DNA of 64,000 bases, from the sequence record OQ992561.1. The stretch is one strand, 5' to 3'. Positions 7,487 through 15,809 of this stretch are shown piece by piece. The notes below the pieces were generated by a model. The model was not told where the DNA came from. It did not search any database and worked only from the letters and a program-made list of their open reading frames with translations. The position numbers and the translations under genes are program-made. Positions within the stretch are counted from its first letter, which is position 1; every line of letters starts with the position of its first letter.

Positions 7487-7855
7487 TTACATTAATTCCT
7501 TTACATCATCTGGAATAGATTCACACCGATCTAAATCCCAATAGATGTGTGTATAGTGATCCTGGTTTACGATGCTGATAAAATCCCCATTAGGATCGGG
7601 TAATGGTTTACGGATCACATCGACATAGATAGTGTAGTACAGATATAGGTCACTGATAAGTTCATCGATATTTAGGTTATTACCTTCTGCATATTTACCA
7701 TATTTAAAATAATGGGCTTCTTCTGCTACAGCATAACGGATTTTATCGTAATTTTGTGATGCGGCATATACACGTGCAAATAGGGGTCGATTAAACTTTC
7801 TACATTCACTAATATTCTTTCTTAAAGTATTTACTAAATTATCAATTGCACTCAT
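7487..7855 (-). CDS. Hypothetical protein
   Basis: 122-aa ORF, AATAGG RBS on minus strand. Confidence 0.8.
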   Translation of the reverse strand: MSAIDNLVNTLRKNISECRKFNRPLFARVYAASQNYDKIRYAVAEEAHYFKYGKYAEGNNLNIDELISDLYLYYTIYVDVIRKPLPDPNGDFISIVNQDHYTHIYWDLDRCESIPDDVKELM

Positions 7856-7879
7856 TTAGATTACCTATTAAATTATAGT

Positions 7880-7899
7880 GCTCTCCCCGAAGGGAGAGC
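7880..7899 (-). terminator. Terminator after DnaB helicase
   Basis: On minus strand GCTCTCCC-TTCG-GGGAGAGC, 10 nt after helicase stop. Confidence 0.75.
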
Positions 7900-7908
7900 T
7901 TTATGTTG

Positions 7909-9456
7909 TTAATATCCCCAGTCATCTCCACCAGTTGCTTGCATATTACTAAGACTTGGTACGAAATCCATGTAATTGTTTTCTTCTTTATCGATATCCC
8001 ATCTAATGCCACCGATACGGTCTGGATCAAACGGCATAACAAAATAGTGATGCTTACTATCACTTACAACGTTACGGTGTTTACCACGTTGTACAGTTAG
8101 ATAATACTTACCACTTACTTTAACAATGTGGAAGAAGAATTCCAGATCAGGTTCTTGTCCAAGTCGACGACAACCATCATAGTAACCTTTGTTAGCAACT
8201 TGTTTAACAAAGTCTTCTGGTGGGATATTATCCCTGATTAGTTCTAATGCCTGAGAACTTAACTGATGCGGACTAAAGAATGTGATACCACGTGGTGCAG
8301 TATAGTTACGCATTCGCCTAAATAGGAGACGAACGTCATCACCTGCTACACTGGTCACTAATCCAGTTTTAGGCAACATGTTTAGATAATCTACGCAGAG
8401 ATATTGTAGTTCATAACCACGTGCTTGATATGTATCTAGGTAGTTAACTAAACCAGCAATCGTAAATTCAGTTGGGTCAAAACGATACATTACTGGTTCA
8501 AAACCATTTTCACGGAGACGAGCTGATACATATTCAGCTGCTTCAGCTTTACTAATAGAACTACGATCTACCTTGATACCTGTTTCATTTTCGTAAATAT
8601 ACTCATAAATGAAAATAAGGTTATCCGGAATCTCATTCTCAAGAGTAATAAACATTACTAATGGTTTCTTATTGATATCACGCATGTATGGTTTATTAAA
8701 TAGACACACATGGCAAAATAGACTCATAGAAACGCCAGATTTATATTGATGTTGTAGGCCACCACCGATAATAAATTCACCACGTTTTAATGCACCCAGA
8801 TCACCAAGCATCCTGTTAAAACCTTTCCATCCAGTTCGGAAAGCACCATTTGGTGAAAGAATGGTTTTAGCTTCTTCGAAGAAGCCTTCAATAGAGTCTA
8901 GATTACCAAAATCAAGTGCACCCATTTCAGCTGGGTGTTTCTCTTCAGCACGCGCGCGAATATATGGGTCAGCTCTGGTTGCCATTTCATTAATGATTGC
9001 CGGAATATCAGCAGAGCCCCTATTGAAAAGAATTTTTGATGAACATTCTTTTACAATAGCTTTTACCTTCTCATCAGCTAAGTAGCTATTTAGATCACGA
9101 CGATATGAAGTTACACGCATGGCCAATGCCATGCCATTTGGAAATTCTTCTTCTACCGCATTTTTAACAGCATCGTATAGATAACTTTCTTCACGACAAC
9201 ATACTTGTAGTGATTGTAATACCTGTTGGGTAGCTGGGAAATATGCTTTCTGTTTCTTATTTAGATCCACTAGTAGATTACGAAGATCTAAAAATGTTTG
9301 TCGACCATGATCTACATCTAATGTACCACCCTTATCATTTAGAGTATCAAGAATCTCGGTAACCAATTCATTGGATGGTTCCACAGGAGAATCTTCTCGA
9401 TTTTCTAAACATAATAGAGTGATACATGAAACGAGTAATTGTTTTGGACTTGACAT
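7909..9456 (-). CDS. gp118: DnaB-like replicative helicase
   Basis: GWKGFNRMLG..GALKRGE, VMFITLE, CVDYL, HQLS and VQRGKHR motifs of SF4 helicases; position next to capsid operon. Confidence 0.88.
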   Translation of the reverse strand: MSSPKQLLVSCITLLCLENREDSPVEPSNELVTEILDTLNDKGGTLDVDHGRQTFLDLRNLLVDLNKKQKAYFPATQQVLQSLQVCCREESYLYDAVKNAVEEEFPNGMALAMRVTSYRRDLNSYLADEKVKAIVKECSSKILFNRGSADIPAIINEMATRADPYIRARAEEKHPAEMGALDFGNLDSIEGFFEEAKTILSPNGAFRTGWKGFNRMLGDLGALKRGEFIIGGGLQHQYKSGVSMSLFCHVCLFNKPYMRDINKKPLVMFITLENEIPDNLIFIYEYIYENETGIKVDRSSISKAEAAEYVSARLRENGFEPVMYRFDPTEFTIAGLVNYLDTYQARGYELQYLCVDYLNMLPKTGLVTSVAGDDVRLLFRRMRNYTAPRGITFFSPHQLSSQALELIRDNIPPEDFVKQVANKGYYDGCRRLGQEPDLEFFFHIVKVSGKYYLTVQRGKHRNVVSDSKHHYFVMPFDPDRIGGIRWDIDKEENNYMDFVPSLSNMQATGGDDWGY

Positions 9457-9595
9457 TTTTATAGATTTCCAATTGTGAAATTAAGAGATGTACAGTGTAT
9501 CATTTAGATAGCTAGTAATTTTAGTGAATGTATTTGCTATATTGCTATGTAGACAGTTCCCAAAAGCCTAAAGTTACAATATAGGTACTTTCACA

Positions 9596-10129
9596 ATGAC
9601 CCAAGTTCTGGTTATGCCAAAAGCTGTTTTTGAATCATATAAAACAGCAGGTGTACAATTTAACAAATTGTTAGACACCAACTATATAGTTTCCGAAACC
9701 TCCGTAAATGATCTTGCGGAGATACATCAGGCTTTAACTGCTTTCCCCTTTCTATTACCAGAAAAACTAGATATTAAGTTAGCAGTAAGCCCGATAATCA
9801 AAGTTGCTGAGCTAGGTGAAATAGACGGTCCTGACCAATTTAAGATGAAGGATTTACACAATCGTTTAGAGAGCCGCCTAGCGACTAATGAACTTAGGGA
9901 TGCAGGTAACCGTAATTTAGTGTACGATTATTACCTATATCCTGTAGATGAGAATCTGTGGGTTGCGGTGCAGCAGAGTGCGCACATTGCAAGTAGCGAT
10001 CCTAGACGTGTCTCAATTCAACTTAACCATACTTTCTTTGATAGTATGATAAATGAAATGTTGAACACCCGCCCACGTGAATCCGTGGCGTCAACACAAA
10101 TTTTTACCTATTATTTGGAGAGCTGCTAG
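9596..10129 (+). CDS. gp119: Minor capsid/virion structural protein
   Basis: 177 aa directly upstream of major capsid gene; phiKZ synteny. Confidence 0.7.
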   Translation: MTQVLVMPKAVFESYKTAGVQFNKLLDTNYIVSETSVNDLAEIHQALTAFPFLLPEKLDIKLAVSPIIKVAELGEIDGPDQFKMKDLHNRLESRLATNELRDAGNRNLVYDYYLYPVDENLWVAVQQSAHIASSDPRRVSIQLNHTFFDSMINEMLNTRPRESVASTQIFTYYLESC

Positions 10130-10201
10130 GTTGATTCCGGAAAAGATGCTTAGTAGACCCAAATTTTTAAACCAAAAACTCATCCTACGTAGGAATAAAA
10201 A

Positions 10202-12445
10202 ATGAGCGTACATGCCCTAAGAGAACTGTTTAAACACAAAGGCGAAAAGAATTACGAAGTCTTCTCAATGGAAGATTTCATTGGCCGCCTAGAAAGTGAA
10301 ATTGGTCTAAATGACAGCGTTGTTAGTCAAGGTCGTTCCCTTATTAGCAGCATTTCACATGAAAACTTCGGTACCGTGCAAGCTACCGACATTCAAGATG
10401 CCGCTGCAATTTATAACAAAATGCAAATGCTCGTTAACGACTATGGTTTCGAACGAGTAAGTTCCAGTGATCCTCAAGTACGTGCTCGTGAAGAACGTGT
10501 CCGTGAGAACCAAATCACTGCTGCTACCATGGCTGCTATCGCCTGTGCTGATGAAACTAAATATATCCGTGCACTACGTGGTATTACCAAAGCTAAAGCT
10601 TCTAATGAAGATCATGTTAAGGTTGTACAGCATCAGTTCAATGGCCCTGCTGGTGGCATTCAAGTATTCGAAAATGGTGTTGGCCTAGAGAACTATAACG
10701 AGAAGTCACAGCGTGATTTCCGTGTTGTAACTATTGGTTATAACCTAGCTGCTAGCCGTCAGGATGAATTCGCTGAGCGTATCTATCCGACCACCGTTAT
10801 CAACCCGATTGAAGGTGGTGTTGTTCAGGTTCTTCCTTACATCGCTGTAATGAAAGACGTTTACCACGAAGTATCCGGCGTTAAGATGGATAACGAAGAA
10901 GTGAACATGGTAGAAGCCTATCGTGATCCTTCCATCCTCGACGACGAAAGCATTGCACTAATTCCTGCCCTAGATCCGGCTGGTTCCAATGCTGACTTCT
11001 TCGTAGACCCGGCTCTTGTTCCTCCGTACACCATCAAGAACGAGCAGAACCTAACTATCACTACTGCTCCGCTAAAAGCGAACGTACGTCTTGATCTAAT
11101 GGGTAACTCCAATGCTAACCTACTCATTCAGCGTGGCATGCTTGAAGTTTCTGACACCATTGATCCGGCTGGTCGTCTAAAGAACCTATTCGTTCTACTC
11201 GGCGGTAAAGTTGTTAAGTTCAAGGTTGACCGTCTACCTCGCGCTGTGTTCCAGCCCGATCTAGTTGGTGATACCCGGAACGCAGTTATCCGTTTCGATA
11301 GCGATGACCTTGTTGTTAGTGGCGATACCACTTTCATCGACGGTTCAGCTGATGGCGTTATTAACGACCTTAAGACTGCTAAACTAAGCCTACGTCTAAG
11401 CGTTGGTTTCGGCGGTACTATCAGCCTATCCAAAGGCGATTCTAAGTTTGGTGCTACCGACACTTACGTCGATAAAGTTCTAAACGAAGATGGTCAAGTA
11501 ATGGATAATGCTGACCCGGCTGTTAAAGCTATTCTAGATCAGCTAACTGACCTAGCTGTTATCGGTTTCGAACTAGATACTCGCTTCACCAACACCAACC
11601 GTCGTCAGCGTGGTCACCTACTACAGACCCGTGCACTACAGTTCCGTCATCCGATCCCGATGCACGCTCCTGTAACTCTACCGATGGACACCATGACCGA
11701 TGAAGGTCCGGGTGAGGTTGTTAAAGCTCTAACCGTTAACACCAACATCCGTAACAGCAACAACGCTGTTAAGCGCATGCTTAACTACCTTGCTCAACTA
11801 CGTGAAGTTGTACACAATGGTTACAACCGTCCGAAGTTTGGTATCATCGAAGGTGCACTATCCGCTGTAATGCGTCCGACCTATCGTTACAAAGAACTAG
11901 ATCTTGAGAAAGTCATCGACACCATCAAGTCTAAAGATCGTTGGGACGACGTTTGCGCTGCGATCCTAAACTGTGTTAAAGCTGAGCTATTCCCGGCTCA
12001 CCGTGATTCCAACATTGAAGCTGCCTTCCGTGTTATCTCCGGTAACCAGGATGAAACTCCGATGTATCTCTTCTGCTCCGACAAAGAGATTGCTAACTAT
12101 CTAATGACTAAAGGTGACGACCGTACTCTAGGTGCTTATCTCAAGTACGATATCGTTTCCACCAACAACCAGCTATTCGATGGTAAGCTAGTTGTAATTC
12201 CGACCCGCGCAGTACAACAAGAAAACGACATCCTCTCCTGGGGTCAGTTCTTCTACGTATCTACTGTTATCGCTGACCTACCGATCACCCGTGGTGGTCA
12301 CCAGGTTACTCGCGAAATCGCGGCCATTCCGTTCAACCTACACGTCAACAACATTCCGTTCGCACTAGAGTTCAAGATCACTGGCTTCCAGAAAGTCATG
12401 GGCGAAACTCAGTTCAACGGTAAGCTTGCTGATCTTAAGCCGTGA
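10202..12445 (+). CDS. gp120: Major capsid protein (precursor)
   Basis: 747 aa, strong codon bias (CTA/CGT/GGT/GCT); GLE at residues 161-163 fits the known prohead-protease cleavage after E163; TGA stop. Confidence 0.95.
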   Translation: MSVHALRELFKHKGEKNYEVFSMEDFIGRLESEIGLNDSVVSQGRSLISSISHENFGTVQATDIQDAAAIYNKMQMLVNDYGFERVSSSDPQVRAREERVRENQITAATMAAIACADETKYIRALRGITKAKASNEDHVKVVQHQFNGPAGGIQVFENGVGLENYNEKSQRDFRVVTIGYNLAASRQDEFAERIYPTTVINPIEGGVVQVLPYIAVMKDVYHEVSGVKMDNEEVNMVEAYRDPSILDDESIALIPALDPAGSNADFFVDPALVPPYTIKNEQNLTITTAPLKANVRLDLMGNSNANLLIQRGMLEVSDTIDPAGRLKNLFVLLGGKVVKFKVDRLPRAVFQPDLVGDTRNAVIRFDSDDLVVSGDTTFIDGSADGVINDLKTAKLSLRLSVGFGGTISLSKGDSKFGATDTYVDKVLNEDGQVMDNADPAVKAILDQLTDLAVIGFELDTRFTNTNRRQRGHLLQTRALQFRHPIPMHAPVTLPMDTMTDEGPGEVVKALTVNTNIRNSNNAVKRMLNYLAQLREVVHNGYNRPKFGIIEGALSAVMRPTYRYKELDLEKVIDTIKSKDRWDDVCAAILNCVKAELFPAHRDSNIEAAFRVISGNQDETPMYLFCSDKEIANYLMTKGDDRTLGAYLKYDIVSTNNQLFDGKLVVIPTRAVQQENDILSWGQFFYVSTVIADLPITRGGHQVTREIAAIPFNLHVNNIPFALEFKITGFQKVMGETQFNGKLADLKP

Positions 12446-12526
12446 GCTGGAAAGGGTTACCGTTATCTAGAAAATGGGACTATCCGTTATTTGGAAGACG
12501 GTAATGCCCGGAAGTTAGAAGAGTAA
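12446..12526 (+). other. In-frame 26-codon extension of major capsid protein beyond TGA (putative readthrough tag)
   Basis: Hand translation AGKGYRYLENGTIRYLEDGNARKLEE-TAA; matches C-terminus of 37621-38154. Confidence 0.8.
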
Positions 12527-12535
12527 CAGACATAG

Positions 12536-12555
12536 GCCCTCCCTTCGGGGAGGGC
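12536..12555 (+). terminator. Capsid operon terminator
   Basis: GCCCTCCC-TTCG-GGGAGGGC-TTTAT; identical to 44866-44885. Confidence 0.9.
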
Positions 12556-12590
12556 TTTATGTTGTATTACATTAAAAAAAGTTTAAGATC

Positions 12591-12598
12591 TATATTAC
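12591..12598 (+). promoter_or_regulatory. Early promoter core TATATTAC
   Basis: TTTAAGATC-TATATTAC upstream of operon containing the nvRNAP subunit. Confidence 0.75.
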
Positions 12599-12641
12599 AG
12601 TAATGATCATGATCTTCTAATTTAAAAATAGGTTAATCCAA

Positions 12642-13094
12642 ATGAACGTTCAATTATTTCCAGAAGTCATCGAAAGATGGCAAGATGCCCTGAGGGTATC
12701 TCTTATAGAAAAAAATACCATGGTAGATAATAAGATGTCTACCGTAGATGATGATAAATACATTAATACTTTCTTTGAAGAATTCCATCCTGTTCAGGAT
12801 GCCTTTATGCCCAAAGGGCTAGAGGACTTTATTACAGATTATGCCAAGAAAAACATTGAGGAGATCCCTCAAGAAAAACAGTTTAAGCGGGCCACCGAAA
12901 AGTTATATTGTTCGAGTGACCCGCATAAATGGCAGAAATCAAGTAATAAGGAAAAGAGTGAATCCTTCAAGGGAAGGTCCGTACATCAAACTAAAAAGAG
13001 GCTCCCCAACATTGTAGATTTGGAGGCCGTTGTGATTAAGGTAGATTTCAATGGTAACACTAAAAATTGCGGGGCTTACTCAAGTATCAGTTAA
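12642..13094 (+). CDS. Hypothetical protein
   Basis: 150 aa, AATAGG RBS; gp121 by counting. Confidence 0.75.
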   Translation: MNVQLFPEVIERWQDALRVSLIEKNTMVDNKMSTVDDDKYINTFFEEFHPVQDAFMPKGLEDFITDYAKKNIEEIPQEKQFKRATEKLYCSSDPHKWQKSSNKEKSESFKGRSVHQTKKRLPNIVDLEAVVIKVDFNGNTKNCGAYSSIS

Positions 13095-14133
13095 GCCTAC
13101 TATCGATCACCCGTATGATAAGAAATCGGGAACTGCATACACTAAGGGTGATCCATACGCTAATTGGAATCTCCCTGTCTCACGTTTTGTTGAGTATCGG
13201 AATGAATCATTTCATCGTATTACTGTAGTTGATTCATCTGGTCACGCTATCAATATTGGGACATCCCGTAAGTATGTAATGTCTAATAGACTGGTAGTTA
13301 AGGTCATTTACCGATGGAGTGGTGATGATAGTTTTAACTATGAAGTTATGGCTAAATCTATTCCAGGTTTTACACCTGAGGAAATGTTAGAATATATTCA
13401 GTCATTTAGTCGACAGACATTCGATCAGTTTAATAACCAGTTATCTGAGATTACTATTTGGTATTCAATTGACTTATCAAAACTAGTAGATCAGTATCAT
13501 GGTGGTTGGATTCAGAGTTTAGGTATCCAAGTATTTAAAACTGAGTATAGTCAGTATTTTGAATTTTATCCAAATAGAAATATTAGTCCTCCTGGTTACA
13601 GCGGACTTAGTCCAGAAGAAGAAGCACTTTCTAATCAAGTATGGAATGAAACATATTCTTTAACGTATAATACTGACATCAATAAACCAGATAAATTGTT
13701 TTATGTAATGGCTGGCAGAATTATGGCCATTGAGTCAATCTATAATCCATCATTAGATCCTGGTCTTATTGTTAATATCCGTGGTAAGCATGGGTGTATC
13801 AGTCATAATGGCGAAAAGAGATATGTAATACCTCCTGAACAGTTCCATGAAAATGGTTTCTTTAGAACACATGAAGAAGCTGCTGCAATGGTTGGAATTA
13901 AAGATAAGAAAGTTATTGAACGTCTTAAGACTGCGCTCTTAACAGCAGCTGATATTAAGGAAAGGGAAGCCCAGGAAAAAGCAGCTGGTACGTTTGATAA
14001 AGAATTCAAACCAAAAGATGTTGTATTGATTCATGGTCTAAAATGGGGTGATCTAAACTCCATTGCCTCTGATCTAGTATCATCCATTAAAATTGTAGGT
14101 TCACTGATGGATTTAATTTTGCCAAAAGTTTAG
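13051..14133 (+). CDS. Hypothetical protein
   Basis: 360-aa ORF; gp122 by counting. Confidence 0.8.
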   Translation: MVTLKIAGLTQVSVKPTIDHPYDKKSGTAYTKGDPYANWNLPVSRFVEYRNESFHRITVVDSSGHAINIGTSRKYVMSNRLVVKVIYRWSGDDSFNYEVMAKSIPGFTPEEMLEYIQSFSRQTFDQFNNQLSEITIWYSIDLSKLVDQYHGGWIQSLGIQVFKTEYSQYFEFYPNRNISPPGYSGLSPEEEALSNQVWNETYSLTYNTDINKPDKLFYVMAGRIMAIESIYNPSLDPGLIVNIRGKHGCISHNGEKRYVIPPEQFHENGFFRTHEEAAAMVGIKDKKVIERLKTALLTAADIKEREAQEKAAGTFDKEFKPKDVVLIHGLKWGDLNSIASDLVSSIKIVGSLMDLILPKV

Positions 14134-14142
14134 GAGTTTATA

Positions 14143-15774
14143 ATGCCGGATCCATTTCTAATTGAAAAGATTCGTGAAAATACGCCTTGCATGAATCCAA
14201 CACTAGCAAATGGTATCACAGTCGAACACACCATGACTCGTGATCCAAATACTGGTGTTAATATGACCAGGCGTTATATTGATTCTTTATTTGATATCAG
14301 TTCAGTTCTATTTCCCGATGGCTTCAAATATGAAGGCAATCGTGCATGTACACCGCTTAAGCATTTTGAAGAGATTACTCGGGAATATAATGCTAAGCGT
14401 ATTGCCAATATTGCTCCAACTGACATGTACATGATTGACCTAATGTTTAGTTATAAAGGGGAAATGCTTTATCCTCGTCCAATGTTGTTACCAGCTTTTA
14501 AGAGAGGCAATATGGTAACTATCAATGGTGCGAAATATATCGGTTCACCAGTATTAACTGATGTTGGGTTCTCTGTACTTAATGATAGCATCTTCATCCC
14601 GTTTCGTCGTACTAAGCTAACCTTTAAACAAACTGACCACCATTACATGTGCAATGGTCAGCGTAAAATCATGTATGTGATCTGGTCACAGATTCACAAT
14701 GAAATGGCTAAGCGTACTAAACGAGATCTGGATAATCGACCACATATTGAGTCATGTTTAGCTCATTATTTCTTCTGTCAGTTTGGAGTAACTCAAACTT
14801 TCAAACAATGGGCTAATGTAGATGTTAAGTGTGGACTGCTGTCTGATTTTCCTGAAGAAGAATATCCACGTGAAAAGTGGAATATTTATTCCAGTGCAAC
14901 ATTAAAAGGCAAACATCCCACCGGTGAAATGGTTCTTGTTATACCTCGTCATCAAGAATCTATTTTTGCCACACGACTTATCGCTGGTTTCTGGTATGTG
15001 GTCGATGCATTTCCAATGCGGTTTACTCGACCTGAATATGTAGATAGTACCAACTTATGGCGTGTTATCCTAGGTCACATGGTGTTTGGTGATTTTGAGC
15101 ACCAAGGTAAAGTAGAGGAAAACATTGATTCACACCTACACAGTTTCTGTAATTCACTAGACGAAATGACTATTGAAGAACTTAAAACAGTTGGTGTCAA
15201 TGTAAGTACTATTTGGGAACTTCTTTACGAGATCATGACTAGTTTGGCTCATCATCTTTATGCTACTGATATTGATGAAACTAGTATGTATGGTAAAAGG
15301 TTAACAGTACTGCATTACTTGATGTCAGAGTTTAACTATGCTGTAAGTATGTTTGGCTATATGTTCCAGTCTAGGCGTGATCGTGAATGGACTGTGCAAG
15401 AGCTAAATGAAGGTTTAAAACGTTCCTTTAAACTACAGACAGCTATTAAACGATTAACAGTGGATCATGGTGAACTCGATACAATGAGTAATCCAAACTC
15501 CAGTATGTTGATTAAAGGGACATCTATCCTAGTTACACAGGATCGAGCTAAAACAGCTAAGGCGCATAATAAGTCTCTAATCAATGACTCATCTAGGATT
15601 ATTCACGCATCTATCGCTGAGGTAGGTCAATATAAAAACCAACCTAAGAATAACCCGGATGGTCGAGGTAGACTTAATATGTATACCAAAGTTGGTCCAA
15701 CTGGACTAGTTGAACGTCGTGAAGAAGTACGTGAAATAATTGACAATGCTCAGTTAATGTTCCGTGCAAAATAA
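14143..15774 (+). CDS. gp123: Non-virion RNA polymerase subunit (beta N-terminal part)
   Basis: 543 aa; C-terminal HASIAEVGQYKNQPKNNPDGRGRL resembles beta-subunit conserved region; phiKZ nvRNAP gp123 position. Confidence 0.85.
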   Translation: MPDPFLIEKIRENTPCMNPTLANGITVEHTMTRDPNTGVNMTRRYIDSLFDISSVLFPDGFKYEGNRACTPLKHFEEITREYNAKRIANIAPTDMYMIDLMFSYKGEMLYPRPMLLPAFKRGNMVTINGAKYIGSPVLTDVGFSVLNDSIFIPFRRTKLTFKQTDHHYMCNGQRKIMYVIWSQIHNEMAKRTKRDLDNRPHIESCLAHYFFCQFGVTQTFKQWANVDVKCGLLSDFPEEEYPREKWNIYSSATLKGKHPTGEMVLVIPRHQESIFATRLIAGFWYVVDAFPMRFTRPEYVDSTNLWRVILGHMVFGDFEHQGKVEENIDSHLHSFCNSLDEMTIEELKTVGVNVSTIWELLYEIMTSLAHHLYATDIDETSMYGKRLTVLHYLMSEFNYAVSMFGYMFQSRRDREWTVQELNEGLKRSFKLQTAIKRLTVDHGELDTMSNPNSSMLIKGTSILVTQDRAKTAKAHNKSLINDSSRIIHASIAEVGQYKNQPKNNPDGRGRLNMYTKVGPTGLVERREEVREIIDNAQLMFRAK

Positions 15775-15809
15775 ATTAAATCTTTAACTACTTAATAGGT
15801 ATTATTCAC

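Noticed and set aside
7483-7490. Fourth TATATTAC, which would fire antisense to the helicase operon
   Set aside because: Lacks the TTAA at -8..-5 seen in the other three and overlaps a minus-strand stop codon in very AT-rich DNA
12442-12504. GTG-started 20-codon frame overlapping the capsid stop (possible -1 frameshift product or separate gene)
   Set aside because: No slippery heptamer before the TGA; product has no motif, while the zero frame gives the conserved repeat
12474-12518. Short ATG ORF after the capsid gene
   Set aside because: 14 codons, no RBS, different frame from the conserved tag
13051-13094. 44-nt overlap between ORFs as a programmed frameshift
   Set aside because: No convincing slippery site plus stimulator; downstream ORF has its own ATG and purine-rich upstream sequence
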